From Tubulanus polymorphus (Eukaryota; Animalia; Nemertea): DNA of 64,000 nt. Shown piece by piece: positions 13,640 to 26,364 of this stretch. How positions within the stretch are numbered: the first letter of the stretch is position 1; each line of letters starts with the position of its first letter. The stretch lies in assembly GCF_964204645.1 (NCBI RefSeq), contig NC_134031.1:7316001-7380000 (forward strand). The letters run 5' to 3'. A program made the translations under genes and the position numbers. Below the pieces are notes generated by a model. The model ran no database searches and was not told the DNA's origin. It was given only the letters and a program-made list of their open reading frames with translations.

Positions 13640-13812
13640 CAATGTTCAACGGCGCTTTCCATACCCCAGTCTCAGGAATCATAGGAACCCATTTTACTCC
13701 TGGGTGAAGAGAGGCAATGAGGAAAAGTGTCTTGCCCTGCTACACTACGGTAATGTACGGCGTTCGAACCTAAGACCTGGCTTCACAGAGTAAAACGTTC
13801 TAACCACTCGCC
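13640..13812 (-). mobile_element. tRNA-derived SINE with conserved core domain
   Basis: Minus strand has A-box-like GGCGAGTGGTTAG and B-box GGTTCGAAC followed by GGGCAAGACACTT...CTCTCTTCACCCAGGAGTAAAATGGG, a core typical of metazoan SINE superfamilies. Confidence 0.65.
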
Positions 13813-14049
13813 CGCCCCGCTCGTTATATGTGAATGCTTATAAGTCTCGACAGATGATTAAATATGGGGTCTTAACAACGTCAAGTCTAAGAGATAATCT
13901 TTATATATATTTTCTGTAATTGCCGATTTTTTGGATTAATATTAATACCAGAATTATCACGGACAAAAAGGGTCTTCTTCGACCTTTGATAAAATACTAA
14001 GGGTAACAAAGTCCTAGATCTAATGTCGTCTTCTGTAATATCATATCAC

Positions 14050-15590
14050 TAAATAGATTAAAACATACGCGTTTACACAACGCGATACCGCAACATTGGA
14101 AGCTTATTCTATTTAGACCCTGGTGATCTACCATAAATCTATGTCCAATTTGATAATATAGATTGGACTATAGGGAAAATTGCATCATCTCAAATCTATA
14201 ATATTCTATTACACAAAAATCTCCATCAAATCGAACCGATTGGGCAAAGAGAAATTACTGAAATGTTAAGTATCGATCTGAATTTTGGCCAGAAATTTGG
14301 AATGAAGTCCATAATAAACTTAATAAATAATATTCATTGGAAACTACTACATAATACTCTTGCGACAGCTTCAAAATTAGTACGTTGGAAAATAAAAACT
14401 GATCCAAATTGTAAAATTTGCGGACGCGCGGCAACAAATGATCATGTGGTATATTCATGCACGGAAGCTCAACAATTATATTCACCTATACAACCAATCA
14501 TTGAACGCATGCTGGACACACCAAAGACATCGTCTACACAGGAATTACCCAAAACATCAGAAAGAGACGTTTTCAAACGCACACTCGCGAACTATCTTTT
14601 ATTTCTCGCACAATTCATTTTGTACAAAAATCATTACAATCTAGAGCAAGTCTCTGGCCGCATCAATACTATAATTTATTTCAAAAACTCACTTATAGAT
14701 CGCCTAAACCAAGAAATCATACTTCAACAAAATCTTCATATATGGAGTCTTAACAATATACTTATACATCTGGACGCAAGCGGACAGAATACAGTCAACA
14801 GAACCACAATCGACGCCATTAGCGTAATGTACTTATCAAACCCTATGTTATCTTTACACCTACATATCCTGACTTTGATACTTGAGGTATGTTCTGATTT
14901 AGATCGAGCAGGGATGACGGTCTATCAACACGGATAGAACTGTCTGACCACTTTTTCCTTTATATCATCACATACGCATTGGTTAAATGTTTCTGAAGTC
15001 TTGACTGTAAACTCAGTCTCATTGCCGTGATAGCTGGAACGCTGCCCCCTTTTTTGGCTTCAGGATAGCAAGCTCAGTCTGTTTGCGCGCAGTGGTGACT
15101 GGAAGGTTGCCTCTTGACACCAGTCCCATTACCAAAAACGCAATTGCGACACTGTTAATAAAACCCGATCAATACTGTATATACGTAAACGTACACACAT
15201 ATTGTAATATTCACGTGCCTGTGCCGCTTTCTTACTGACGGGCTATTAATGCGTATAGCACTGTCAGTATAATTGCGACGCATCCACGGACCTAACTATG
15301 CATTGTATATTAGTAACACAAAACTGCTCCCCGTGTACAACTTTTACTTTTAGGCAAACTCTATACCAGATGTGAAGTTCCAACTGCGCACCCCTTGACG
15401 GAGAAACCCATCCTCATCGGAGCTGCACCGTCGATGTCTTACAACTACACTTCGGATACCCAGGACCATACTCTCATCTGGATAATTTGCGTTTCGAAAT
15501 GTGCTTTCCTTTCTATCTAGTCAACACGCAGGACAATCAACTTAGAGGACTTCTACATCAACATCTACCCGAGAAAAAACTACATTACAC
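14050..15590 (+). mobile_element. 5'-truncated L1/Tx1-type LINE (ORF2 C-terminal zinc-binding region + 3' UTR)
   Basis: ORF 14263-14937: WKLLHNTLAT...CKICG.....DHVVYSC matches the zf-RVT CCHC motif downstream of L1/Tx1 RTs. Boundaries approximate. Confidence 0.65.
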
Positions 15591-17314
15591 TATCGGACTA
15601 TTTACTCGTAGAAAACGATAAAGAATATAAAAGTGGACAAAGATCATCAACCTTGTAATATAACTTCCAAAATTTCGATGTATTAAAATAGGCAGCCAAA
15701 AATAACCCCAATCAGTCGCTTGCCTGTTCAGACTGGTTGGAAGATTGTTTGAATGAACCGGAACCGAATTTCCCAATTATATACTTCGATTAAAACAAAA
15801 AATTATGTAAACTCGACCGCCGATCACACAACTTTAGCTGTACTTCGATTTCCGATTTCAAAATCAAACCCCCTGTTTCGCTCCCGGCAGGCGTGGTGGG
15901 TTTGTAAGGGACACTCCGAATAATTGAAACGAAATTAAAACCAACCAAATAAATAACAGAGTCAATCCCTATTCTAAGATAAAAAAATATCATATCATTA
16001 CAAGTACGCAAGAATGAGGACCCAGGGCCACCGGCGGCCATATGGCGTGCGTATCATTATGACTATTCTGGTTCATTTTTTCTAGCCTCAGATTGATTTT
16101 AATGGTTTGCGATTATTATTCGTCATTCATAGAATTTGAGAAATTATCGATAGATTCTAATTGAATCTGAGGCGAAATCCGGCCGGCAACGTTGTCCGAA
16201 TGCACAGTAGCGAACTTGGTGTAACCTCGCTTGCCACAAGTGGCTCGTCTTTAATTAAGGTCCCGCCCTGCTTAATTTAGTCCCAAATCCCGATATAAAC
16301 TCTTGGATTACGCTATACAGCTGGCGGGGTATTATTTTCTTATCGGCAACGCATTTTTATATCTCACTGCTGTTATCATATCTTGTTACGTATTTGATAG
16401 CTAGACGTAGTCGGTATGTAACATCTGCCGGTTATGCGTCTCTAGTCTGGCTGGCATAAAGTTATCGGTTCGCTATAGAATTTAAAAACTATTGGCTCTC
16501 AGGCAACAAATATGTCAAATATCTATTGTTCATCAGTCATTTATTGCCCGTACGCCGTATTGATGGTCGAAGATATTAACTACATCGTTTCAACTAATCA
16601 TTACTTTTGTATCGAACTGATATGTTTGTTGTAAACTGTAAGAAGAAAATTAAATAGATTTGAATTTGAATTGAATTTGGTGATAGAGGGTTTCATTTAT
16701 ACCGATGAGAAATTCTGCTCAACGATGTACATTGCAGGCAATATGGCACATAATATATAGAATAAGACACATTTTGAAATGCGCAGAAAACAGTGAAATA
16801 AACAAAACCCAGCGAAAAGCTCGTTGAAAGCAAGAATAGTATAACGTCGTTTCATCTGTACCCGTGATAACACGCTGATCCACAGAATATTATTGGATTC
16901 CCCGTGGAGACCGAGTCATCCAACAAGGAGAACTCAGATCGGACACCACACGTTGCAGAACTAAAAATGAGTGTATCAGTCAAACTACCGATAAACTTAC
17001 TGCCAGTATTAGTCAAATGTTGTGATGTAGCCAAAAGAAGATTCCTGTTTTCTGGGTTTATTTGGGACAACGTAATTTTTTTCAACTTACGAAATAGCCG
17101 TTGCACCGGTTCAATGAGTTCGAACAATAGTTACGGCTATCTATGGTATAGATCGATTCACTTTTAACTGAAATCTGACTAACTACTTTTGAATCTTATT
17201 CATCTTTCATTTCTTATTCATTCACAATTATTTGCATTCTGAGAAAACACGACAAACTTGGTTTCCCAATGATGTTAACGTGGTGGGTATTTAGCTTGTG
17301 GATATATACTCGAT

Positions 17315-18328
17315 CTACATTCGCTTTCCAAAATAACGACAACTCAAACACCAAAGAAGCGTTCGACCGAACCCTCTTCGGATGCCTAGGTATACAAATA
17401 GATTTATCATCGCATTTATAGCGTGTAGTAATTGTCCTGGATGATATGGTCGATAGTTCAAATGAATAAATATTGCTGGCAATATTGTATTTATTAATGT
17501 TATCGAATATTCGACGAAGAATATCAGATTAAGCGCTAAAATCATGGATGTAATTTGCCGACCTTGATTGCTGTTTGTTTCTTGTTGTTGTTCACCTTGC
17601 TGGCTGATTTTGAGTCGTTCTTGGGCTGCCTTTCGGACCAATATGAACATGTGTATATTACTTATTAGAACGATAAAACCAGGTATTAACTTCAGCACAA
17701 CAGTACCGATGAGGAAATCGTAATAAAGGGCATACTTTCTGTTGGATAGTAGTAGGTGTCTCTGGCTGACGTGTTCACATGCTTCACCAGAGTTAACCCG
17801 ATATGTTTGTACGTCCCACAAAGTTGGAATATCGAATAAAACTGTGAGAAAATAAGCCAAAACTGTGACACGTCGTGCAACATTTATTGTAGCGAATTGT
17901 CTCGCCGAAAATGGAAATCTAATAGCGATATAGCGATCAATACTCATTACGAAAAGCAACCAAGCACTCGTCGAAGTAGACATCTGAAATGCCGTGTCTA
18001 CATACACGTATAGGTTAAGATAGAATTTCTGGTAAGTCCGACTGAATTTGATGTATTCGAATGGAAAATCTCTTGCGAGCATCATCAACTCTCTTCCAAA
18101 TACTCCAGTTAAACAGTTGATCAAGTCAGCTACTGCCAGAGCCTTGAGATAGAATACGCTGCTAATTCCTTGAAGTTGCATGACGTTCAGTACCATCAAT
18201 GAAAAGATGTTGGCGACTATACCGATAAAGTAGATGAAAGCTCGAACTATACCCATTATGGCACCGTACGAGTATGTAGCAACTTCGCCATTGCAGTAAC
18301 GACCGCAACATATAATCGTTTCATTCAT
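17315..18328 (-). CDS. Orphan class A (rhodopsin-like) GPCR, FMRFamide/peptide-receptor-like expanded family, single exon, 337 aa
   Basis: Seven hydrophobic segments; N-terminal NET sequon; TM1 GIVAN, TM2 YLKALAVAD, TM3 SIDRYIAI.FP, TM4 IP, TM5 IPG, TM7 INAMINLFVY, C-terminal Cys. Confidence 0.88.
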   Translation of the reverse strand: MNETIICCGRYCNGEVATYSYGAIMGIVRAFIYFIGIVANIFSLMVLNVMQLQGISSVFYLKALAVADLINCLTGVFGRELMMLARDFPFEYIKFSRTYQKFYLNLYVYVDTAFQMSTSTSAWLLFVMSIDRYIAIRFPFSARQFATINVARRVTVLAYFLTVLFDIPTLWDVQTYRVNSGEACEHVSQRHLLLSNRKYALYYDFLIGTVVLKLIPGFIVLISNIHMFILVRKAAQERLKISQQGEQQQETNSNQGRQITSMILALNLIFFVEYSITLINTILPAIFIHLNYRPYHPGQLLHAINAMINLFVYLGIRRGFGRTLLWCLSCRYFGKRM

Positions 18329-18672
18329 GGAACTCGCGATTCACTTTATTGTTCAGGGGAAGTGATTGTACGTCAATGGATGGTTTTGACTCATGTTAGA
18401 AAAAGAATGAAAAGGGTATAATTTTGCGTATGTATCTAGAACGTGCCTCGATACGTCACCATATTCATGAGGAAAATTGCAGTTTCTGCGCTCACAGTTT
18501 TCAGCGATCATTTCACAATACAGCGAGCACGCACAACTTAAGTATTCGCTTCTCTATTCTTCAGAATCATTCGCCCGAATCGCAAAACGCAGGGCCTGCG
18601 TTTTTAACTCAATTGAAATGAATTGAGTTACCTACTGGGTTTTAAGTTGATACGGATTTATAAAACTGAGCC

Positions 18673-18952
18673 CAGGGGTGTAGCCAAGGGGAAGCAAAAA
18701 CGTATGAGATCCGCTATATTTGGGAAATATGCTTTAAACATTGAAGAATACAGGCCTTCTTTAAACTATCAAGACCTTTAAAAAAATCATCTCCTTGTCA
18801 TCATCCTTTTTTATTCTCTTAACCCATAAAACATTCTGCACCCTCATCAGTATCACGCATTCGGCACTCACATTGTGTTTTCATAACGACACAGCAGTTC
18901 CACTTTCTCAAAAAATGAACAGAAAATACAGGAGATCTTGGCTACGCCCTTG
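18673..18952. mobile_element. MITE related to the CAGGGG-terminal family
   Basis: CAGGGGTGTAGCCAAG ... CTTGGCTACGCCCTTG imperfect TIRs; TSD not clear. Confidence 0.45.
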
Positions 18953-21900
18953 CCCTGAAGTTTGCAAATCCTTTGATTATCTTTTGTTGTCTTGTAGGCT
19001 TAAATAGGGTACTTGGGATCCGACAGACGAGTCTTGGCCGAATCGGCGACTCAACCTCACGCTGTGACGTGAGTGCTCTTTAACCGAATCGCAGACGTTT
19101 GAATCGGATCCTAGTGTGTAAGATGATTTCAGTTTTTTCCGAATATCAATAAAATCTTGAAATTGAGGTTTGTAACTGGGCCAATGCTAACAATATTCGC
19201 TTGCAATTATTTTCAGTATGAAGCCTTTTTTAGTTCGAAAGACAGTCCAGTTTTTTTGTTGGCCACAAAGTCATTTTTCATTCGTTAATCGATTCTTAAT
19301 ACATTATCTTTCTGGTCTGGAGATAATACGATATTGAGCTTCAGGATCACGGCGCATTAATCAACCATGCATCGATTTATTTATCATTAACGACTGGTCC
19401 TCGCTTCACCGCTTAGCTATAAACTCTATACGTCCGCCGTTGCGGGCATCGGTTAGCTAATCGGAACCGTATCCTCATCAATCATAGAAAAACGGTCGAA
19501 AGGTGACAGCTCAAATCCCAGCTTAAATTCCAGATTTTTTGAATGAATTGTATGAATTAGGTTTGAACAATTTACATTTTTACTGTCGGTTGGTTGGAAT
19601 ATATCAGGTAGATTAGGGTTCTGGCGAGTTGGATCGGAATTGAAATATACCGACGTTTTTCAGCTGCGTGACGCATTTCAAAGATGAAAGAACAGTCATT
19701 AGAATTAGAGCATGTAGCCCGGTGGCAATACTTCCATTTCTAGAAGTGAAATTAAGATTATGATTAGCTCATTGGAGACTCCCTGTGTAGTGTTCCTTTT
19801 ATTTGCGATACGCGTAGGGAGAAGAATGGAGGCATATTTTATTCATATGCGTTAAATACTATGAATATCGCTCACTTTGCTCTGTGGGAAATAGATTAGT
19901 TGATATATCGATCATTTTAGAATATCACCGGAGAGACTGAGGAGCAATCTCTTCAATGCGTCCTCTACTTCAAATGTCGCTCTCGCAAATTCCGAGAACT
20001 AACAGGGCAATGTCCGCAGAATGACCACTCGGGATCTCTGGACTTCGACTTCGCCAATGATTGAGTTTTGTTAACAGCGCTTAATCATGATAGTTCAGTA
20101 TGAATCCGTTACTGTTATGCCACGAAACAATGAGTCTTAGTAAGATACGAGACCTTCTGGTTATTCAGACGTTCTTGCTTGTCTCGTGAACCCCACATAT
20201 CTGTCCAAGTTCCAGTTCAACCCTTTTGTTCAATGCATATTCAAATATGTCAGATTGGAATGTACGGATTTCAATCCAGTGTACAGTCACATCTTAATAG
20301 TTCTCTACGACACAGTTCGTTTGATCAGTAAATCCCATTATTCAAAACGGACGTTGACGCGACTCAATAGGCCTATACTTAAAATAAGGTTTTGTTGATT
20401 CGAAACTATCAAGAACCGTAAATGATTTGGAAATGCTAATACCAAATTCATCATCGACCTACACGACATTGATGTGTTTAATCTCAGAGATGTTGTGTTT
20501 AAGAACTAAAACTAAACCTTTGCATCTCAATAGAAATAACTGATCTCACTGAAGCTATCCGCCCGTTAACTAATAACCAACCTACATGAAATTATCAAAT
20601 ACCTCCATTTGTAGATTAATGCCCAAAAACCCATGGAACATTTTCTTCTGTTTTGTTCCACAAGCATCTGGCGAGAATTTGTATGAGCGCATGCAGTATG
20701 AGAGTGATGAGAGAGTGGATGCTGTTGGGTGACATGCCTAATCTCTTCGTGTAGACACATTATTTGTTACATTTTTTCCTTGTATCAACCACATTAATTT
20801 TTATGGGTATAAGATCATGATGATGTAAAATTTCTATTCTTTTCTCACTGAAGCACTATCGCTTACCATATGAACTCTTCAACCAATCACTAGTCAGCCG
20901 AAAAAAACTCTATATTTCCATTTTCATCTTCAATAACATTGAAAAAAAAGTTATGTAACACAAATTTTGTCAAAGGAAACCTTCTTTTCTCCAAGTCAGC
21001 ATATCTCGGCTATTATTTACGATAAACAAAAACGGTAAAAAGCGTCTGAAAGAAGGAATTTTGTCTTTAAAAACGTGAATTATTTCACGCTTGAGTACAC
21101 AATCGTTCCATTAATAAGAATACTTGATTTTTTGTATACTGCAGAAATTATGTCACTGAGTGGAAACTCGACCAATTTAAATTGAAAATTTCAAAAAATA
21201 CGTCACCGTTCGACAAAATTTGTGTTACCTAACTTTTTTTGTTCGGTGTATTATCCCCTACCTTTGTAATCGTTCAACTCTTTTTTTAGCAAGTTTTTGT
21301 CCTTCGATCACGCGAGGGTTGTCGGGTTTGTATTTGAAGGCTGATCGGTTGAATGTCGGCGATTCTTCAGCAACAAATTCCCTATCGAAGTAAAAAAATG
21401 TTGATATTGAGAACCGACTTTTTTTTCCACGAAATCTTTATAGACTTTTCAAAAGAAATAGGTTTAGGGAAGATTGAATTATATCCGACAGAAACGGGAG
21501 GGGCAAGGGGGCAGGATTCAAATGGAGGGGCAAATCACATATTTTGGCCCCCTGTTCTTCAAGATTTTGTCTTCATTGCCAGGAAACTACATCTCAGTGC
21601 AGTTAATTTGCTAAAAAGCACTTCGTGTCAGGACATTAATTGCTTGGAAATCGCTGCAAAAACGCAAATTTTCAAAATTTCAGAATGCCCATTTTGTTTC
21701 AAAATACCCTTTTTATAAGTTGTGCTACCCTCCACAGTGGTCCCTGGATCAACCCCTGATATCTTTTCTGAATAAGAGACATTTTGATGGTTTGATTTAT
21801 CAAATCGAGGCCCGTAACGGAGGGGGGAGTGGTTTCAATAAAAATCAATTTAGTCCCGTTCGTTTTTAATCATGAAAATAAAAACGATGATTTAATTGGC

Positions 21901-22226
21901 CTTTCGCGATTGCCAACTGGTAGACTGTGACCAGCGTCCAATATTGGACGATACATGAACGATGCTGAAACTAACTACACTTGCAACTATTGTAACATAT
22001 ATTAGATTAGTTCATTTATTCAGTCATTTGTTGCATCAACGGAAATTGTTTAGAGGCCTTATCCGAGCATCAAATTTTCAAAATTTGTCCCCCGTTTGAA
22101 ATGCGTCCGACGCCTGCGCGAATCGTCTCATGGATGAAATCATACATTATCTGGTTCTCCAAGATTGCAGTTATATCTCATGCCTAACATACATACCTGG
22201 GTATGATAACAGGTGAACGCGGTCGT

Positions 22227-22245
22227 CGACCGGCAGGGGGCGCTG
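22227..22245 (+). promoter_or_regulatory. Candidate CTCF-binding site in a local GC/CpG-rich patch
   Basis: CGACCGGCAGGGGGCGCTG resembles the CTCF core CCAGCAG(G/A)(G/T)GGCGC; motif only. Confidence 0.35.
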
Positions 22246-23319
22246 AAACGGCCCTGTGCGTCAATAACCGTAAAGTCGTCAAACTATCCAAGACTGGTTG
22301 GCGTGCGGACTGGACCCGTCTATCGCGGGGTCCTCGATATATATCAACTGCAAAGGCTGGCACTAAATCAATCTTAGTTCCGCTCAATTGTAGATCGGGA
22401 GCTTCGTCTCTTTTACGATAATAGATAGCCGTACTAAAATACCAAGCGTGCTCCAGCTGAAATACAACAGTTACTCTTCTTCAAATTGGAGTAGATTTAG
22501 CAACCTGTTCTTAAAACCGAGCATTTTAAAGAAGGAAACCTTAAACTGATGATTTGAATATTGTTCAGATATCTAAACGACTTTTCGAAACTTAAAAGTA
22601 TTCCAAACATTATTCGTAAATGTGGTACTAGAATAGTGTCATATTAAGAAGATTGAAATATCTTAAATCCGGATTCATGGATCGAACAAATTTCAACAAT
22701 TATGAGATGTTTAAGAATGACATATGAAGCCACGGCAATAATAAAAAAACCGATTTTGTGCGTGGACTTAATGCGATTGATCTAACACAAATAACTCACC
22801 TTCATTCTACTATTTTCTGAGTTAAAATGGCATTTTGCGTCGTGCAGTCTGCAGTGTGTTTGTAGCAAGTTATTCCAAGTATATCACACCCTGATATGAC
22901 CACATATGGGAATCAACAAGAAGCACCCTCATACTCATAATGAGCCAGTGGTAATTGTGGTGCATTCTCAAAACCGTTCGGCGAGACTTTCTGGTTTTTG
23001 AAAGGGTCATTGTCTCTATGTATGGTTTGGGCAGATCTCGGGGAGGGGGAGTTTTTCGTAACGAGCGGATCAACTTGAGAAATAACCTTGATGGGGCCGG
23101 TCGTGAGTAGCGGAAACCAAATGGTAATACGTAATTTAATGCACAAAATAAACACACACTCGATAGAACGAATGTATCTTGTCAAGGGCGAGAATAGAAT
23201 TACAAAAATATCGTTAAAAACTTATTATTACAAATACGGATATATACATATCGTGATATATAGACACTAGACATACTACACAATTAATGCATGCTGATAA
23301 TCAGATCATGTCACAAAAA

Positions 23320-24300
23320 TAACAGGTGTGCCATCAATTTGACATTAATTTGGATATATATTTACATATGTTTGCATCATGTACATTCAAATAGATTTCC
23401 ATAGCCGTCTCTTTACTTGTATATTTGTTCGTCAGTGTAATTTGCATGGCTATCGGATCTTTCGTGGTTAATAAAGATACTATCGCTTTATACAGAATTA
23501 ATGCGGACATATTCAAGAATCTATGGGAGGTCGTTGGTATGGCTCTCGGGTCAACAGTGTCGTCATTATCTATCGACACAGCCTTGACAGCCGGTATCTT
23601 TTTGACCGGTACTTATGGAGTGGTTGAACTTGTAGCATTAAGCGTCTCGTTGCAAGTAATCTTTTTAAACCGCAATATATGTTGGGGTATAGGAGAAGCG
23701 TACTGTATGAGAGTTGGTTTCCTGTTATCATCCAGGGACGGCCAGACAGCCAAACGATCTTTATTCTTTTATCAAGGTATTTTCGATGATGGTCGCTGTA
23801 GTTTTTGGTGTATAAATTTCTTCGCTTCACACTGCTCTAGCTCGGGGATTCGCTAGCGCTGAATCGGTGGAAGCCAAACTAAAGTTTATGTTACTTGTAC
23901 ATCGGAGCAACTTTACCCTTATTTGCTGTAGATGTGATATTTAATGCTGCGATTCGAGGATGCGCTAGAATAGCCCTGATTTCAATAACTTGCATAGTTT
24001 CGTTAATGATAGGAACATCGTTAGGTTTGATTCTGTTGTATATCACTCGGTTAGGTGCTATTAGTGTGACAATAGGATTCCAGAGTTCATGTGTTTTAAA
24101 TTCGTTGATATTCGTTCCGTACGCCCTATTTGTTTTAGATTGGGATGAACAATCTAAACTAGCGCATCAAAGAACTACAGACGATCTGAAGTTCATCCAA
24201 TACGGAACCAAAAATAGAGATTTGGAGTACAATACGTTTGATTTATTATCCAGCACCACCTTGAGTCGAGATTCATATTCAAAAATAGAAAATGGTACAG
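23320..24300 (+). pseudogene. Intronless, disrupted MATE (SLC47-like) transporter, C-terminal half
   Basis: ORFs 23425-23856 and 23895-: G.GEA.CMRVG.LL...DGQTAKRS, ...IRGC..., G..LG..L.Y.TRLG, and LDWDEQSKLA.QR are MATE1-type motifs; stops and at least two frameshifts (about 23760-23900); N-terminal half not found. Confidence 0.7.
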
Positions 24301-26364
24301 AAATATTGGAATACATTGAAACTGATTCAAATAAAGATATGAAATGGTCAATTCATTTATGCTTTAATCGCTTGAGTTTCTATCATCTTGAATTTCTTAA
24401 ATTCTTAAAATCGAATTTTGAATTTCGCTATGATCCAGGTAATCGCGATACGTTCTTGGAAACTTTTTGTTTTCTTCCGCGAGAAATCAAAGCATTTTTA
24501 TTTTCACGCGCGAGAATCCAACTTTGCGAGAGAAAAGAAATTGGCCAATATAAAAAAGCCTCTATCCGTACAGAAAATTGTTTTCGTATGGCCCGAATCA
24601 GCCTTCATAAGCTGATTGATACCCGGGTAGCAAGTTCGCATAAATACACGTGTGCAACCAGTGCTTCAAAATGGTGGCCCATTGAACAAGAATATAAGCT
24701 GTTACTATTGAAGGAGGACACTACAAATCCCTATGAACAATCAGAAAAAGAAAACTGAAAAAATTGATAATTGATTTGAAAGAAGTTTGACTTAATTCAG
24801 TCGATTGGTACTCAGGCGAAGATTCTCGGAAGCGATTTCGCATGAATTGTGATACTTTTTCAAAATATTTTCTGTGTCTGTTTCCCAAACATCGTCACCG
24901 TCTTTTCCGAGTACGTACTCGGAGGTACTTGCTCGGCTGACGGTACCCTACTCGGCATACCCAGCTATATCCGTCGCAGATAGACGATTGGATAAACGTA
25001 ATCGGTGCTCATAAAAACGGTTGCATATCGGGTAGGATACTTTCGGTGTGCTCATAAAAACACCTATTGATGACGTGGTGCACATCCTCTTAAAGATAAT
25101 CTCTAAAATTTCAAATATAGCACGAATAAGGAAGCATGAATAAGAAAATACGTACATCTAATTACGAGATAAACACCAAAATTCGCAATTGTAATTGTTA
25201 TTTTGAAAGGTTCATATTGATGACGTAGTACACATCAACTCACAGAGAACTCTATAAAAATATTGTAACGGTTTTTACGACGCCAGTTTTCACTGCCACC
25301 ATATGTAATTAAGATTCATATTCTGGAATTTATTTCTAATATATTCAACATAATGATCTCTATACGTACCTTTCATGCAGGAAGGAAACAATGCTTAAAA
25401 AGCTTAACTTTGGCCTCAAGTCGTTTTTTAACTGAAATCAAAAAAATTGTATTGCTCATTATATTCAATTATTGCTTTTTACGTTACCTTAAAAAGTTGC
25501 TTTTAACGTTACGTTAACTATTTCGTGAAGAATTATTTACTGATCATGAGTTGTAGCACGGGAATTAATTTTCATTTGAATCTACCTTACTTTCAAAATC
25601 AATTTAGGCACGTTTCCAATAAAGAAGAGGATAATATCTGTTATGAAGCTATTAAATGTTTGGAATACAAAGTTTTAAGATCGGGGAGCAATGTGTGTCC
25701 AAAATCTGGAGCTCGAATTCAGGTTCCTCACGTCTTCGTTTACATAACCTTAGTTCGCTCATAGCAAAAATAATGATTCGAGTAGAGAGCATTTAGACGA
25801 CTGTAAGACATCGCTATAGCGAATGCTGATTTCAGCAGCCAGGTTTTACAAGTTTGACACCTAGTGGAAATTTAGAAGAAGTATAATAATATATTTAATC
25901 ACCAATATATGAATAGTACGGTTTACTATGTAGCTAGTCAGAGTAAATTGTTATGAGAGTGATCTAAGTAGGATCTCATATTAGCTTGGTGATTTTGAAT
26001 AAAAGATGTGCATCTATTTACAGTAACTCCACCTAACTCGCATTCTTTGGGACCAGAAAAAAAATTATCGGAATTCGAGTTGGGATTCTGACGAAAAATA
26101 TTAAAAAATTGAACCTCAATAAAACATTCTGTATCGATCCTACATGGCTTGTTGTGCAATACAGATTTTACTTCGGATACGAAAACACTACAAAGTTTAT
26201 GTCCGACTGTGCAAGTCTTTTAATGGGTTTGTTTAGAAAAGGTTTGAACCCGATACACGTCAATTCAAGTTAACTTTAATTGAAAAGTCTCATAGTGCCT
26301 GTTCGAACTCTAATCGTGTCTAAAGAAAATTGCAAGGTATTACTGTGATATAATACATTGAAGT

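Noticed and set aside
16852-17167. Overlapping 91/87-aa ORFs downstream of the GPCR
   Set aside because: No motif or splice support; probably 3' flank.
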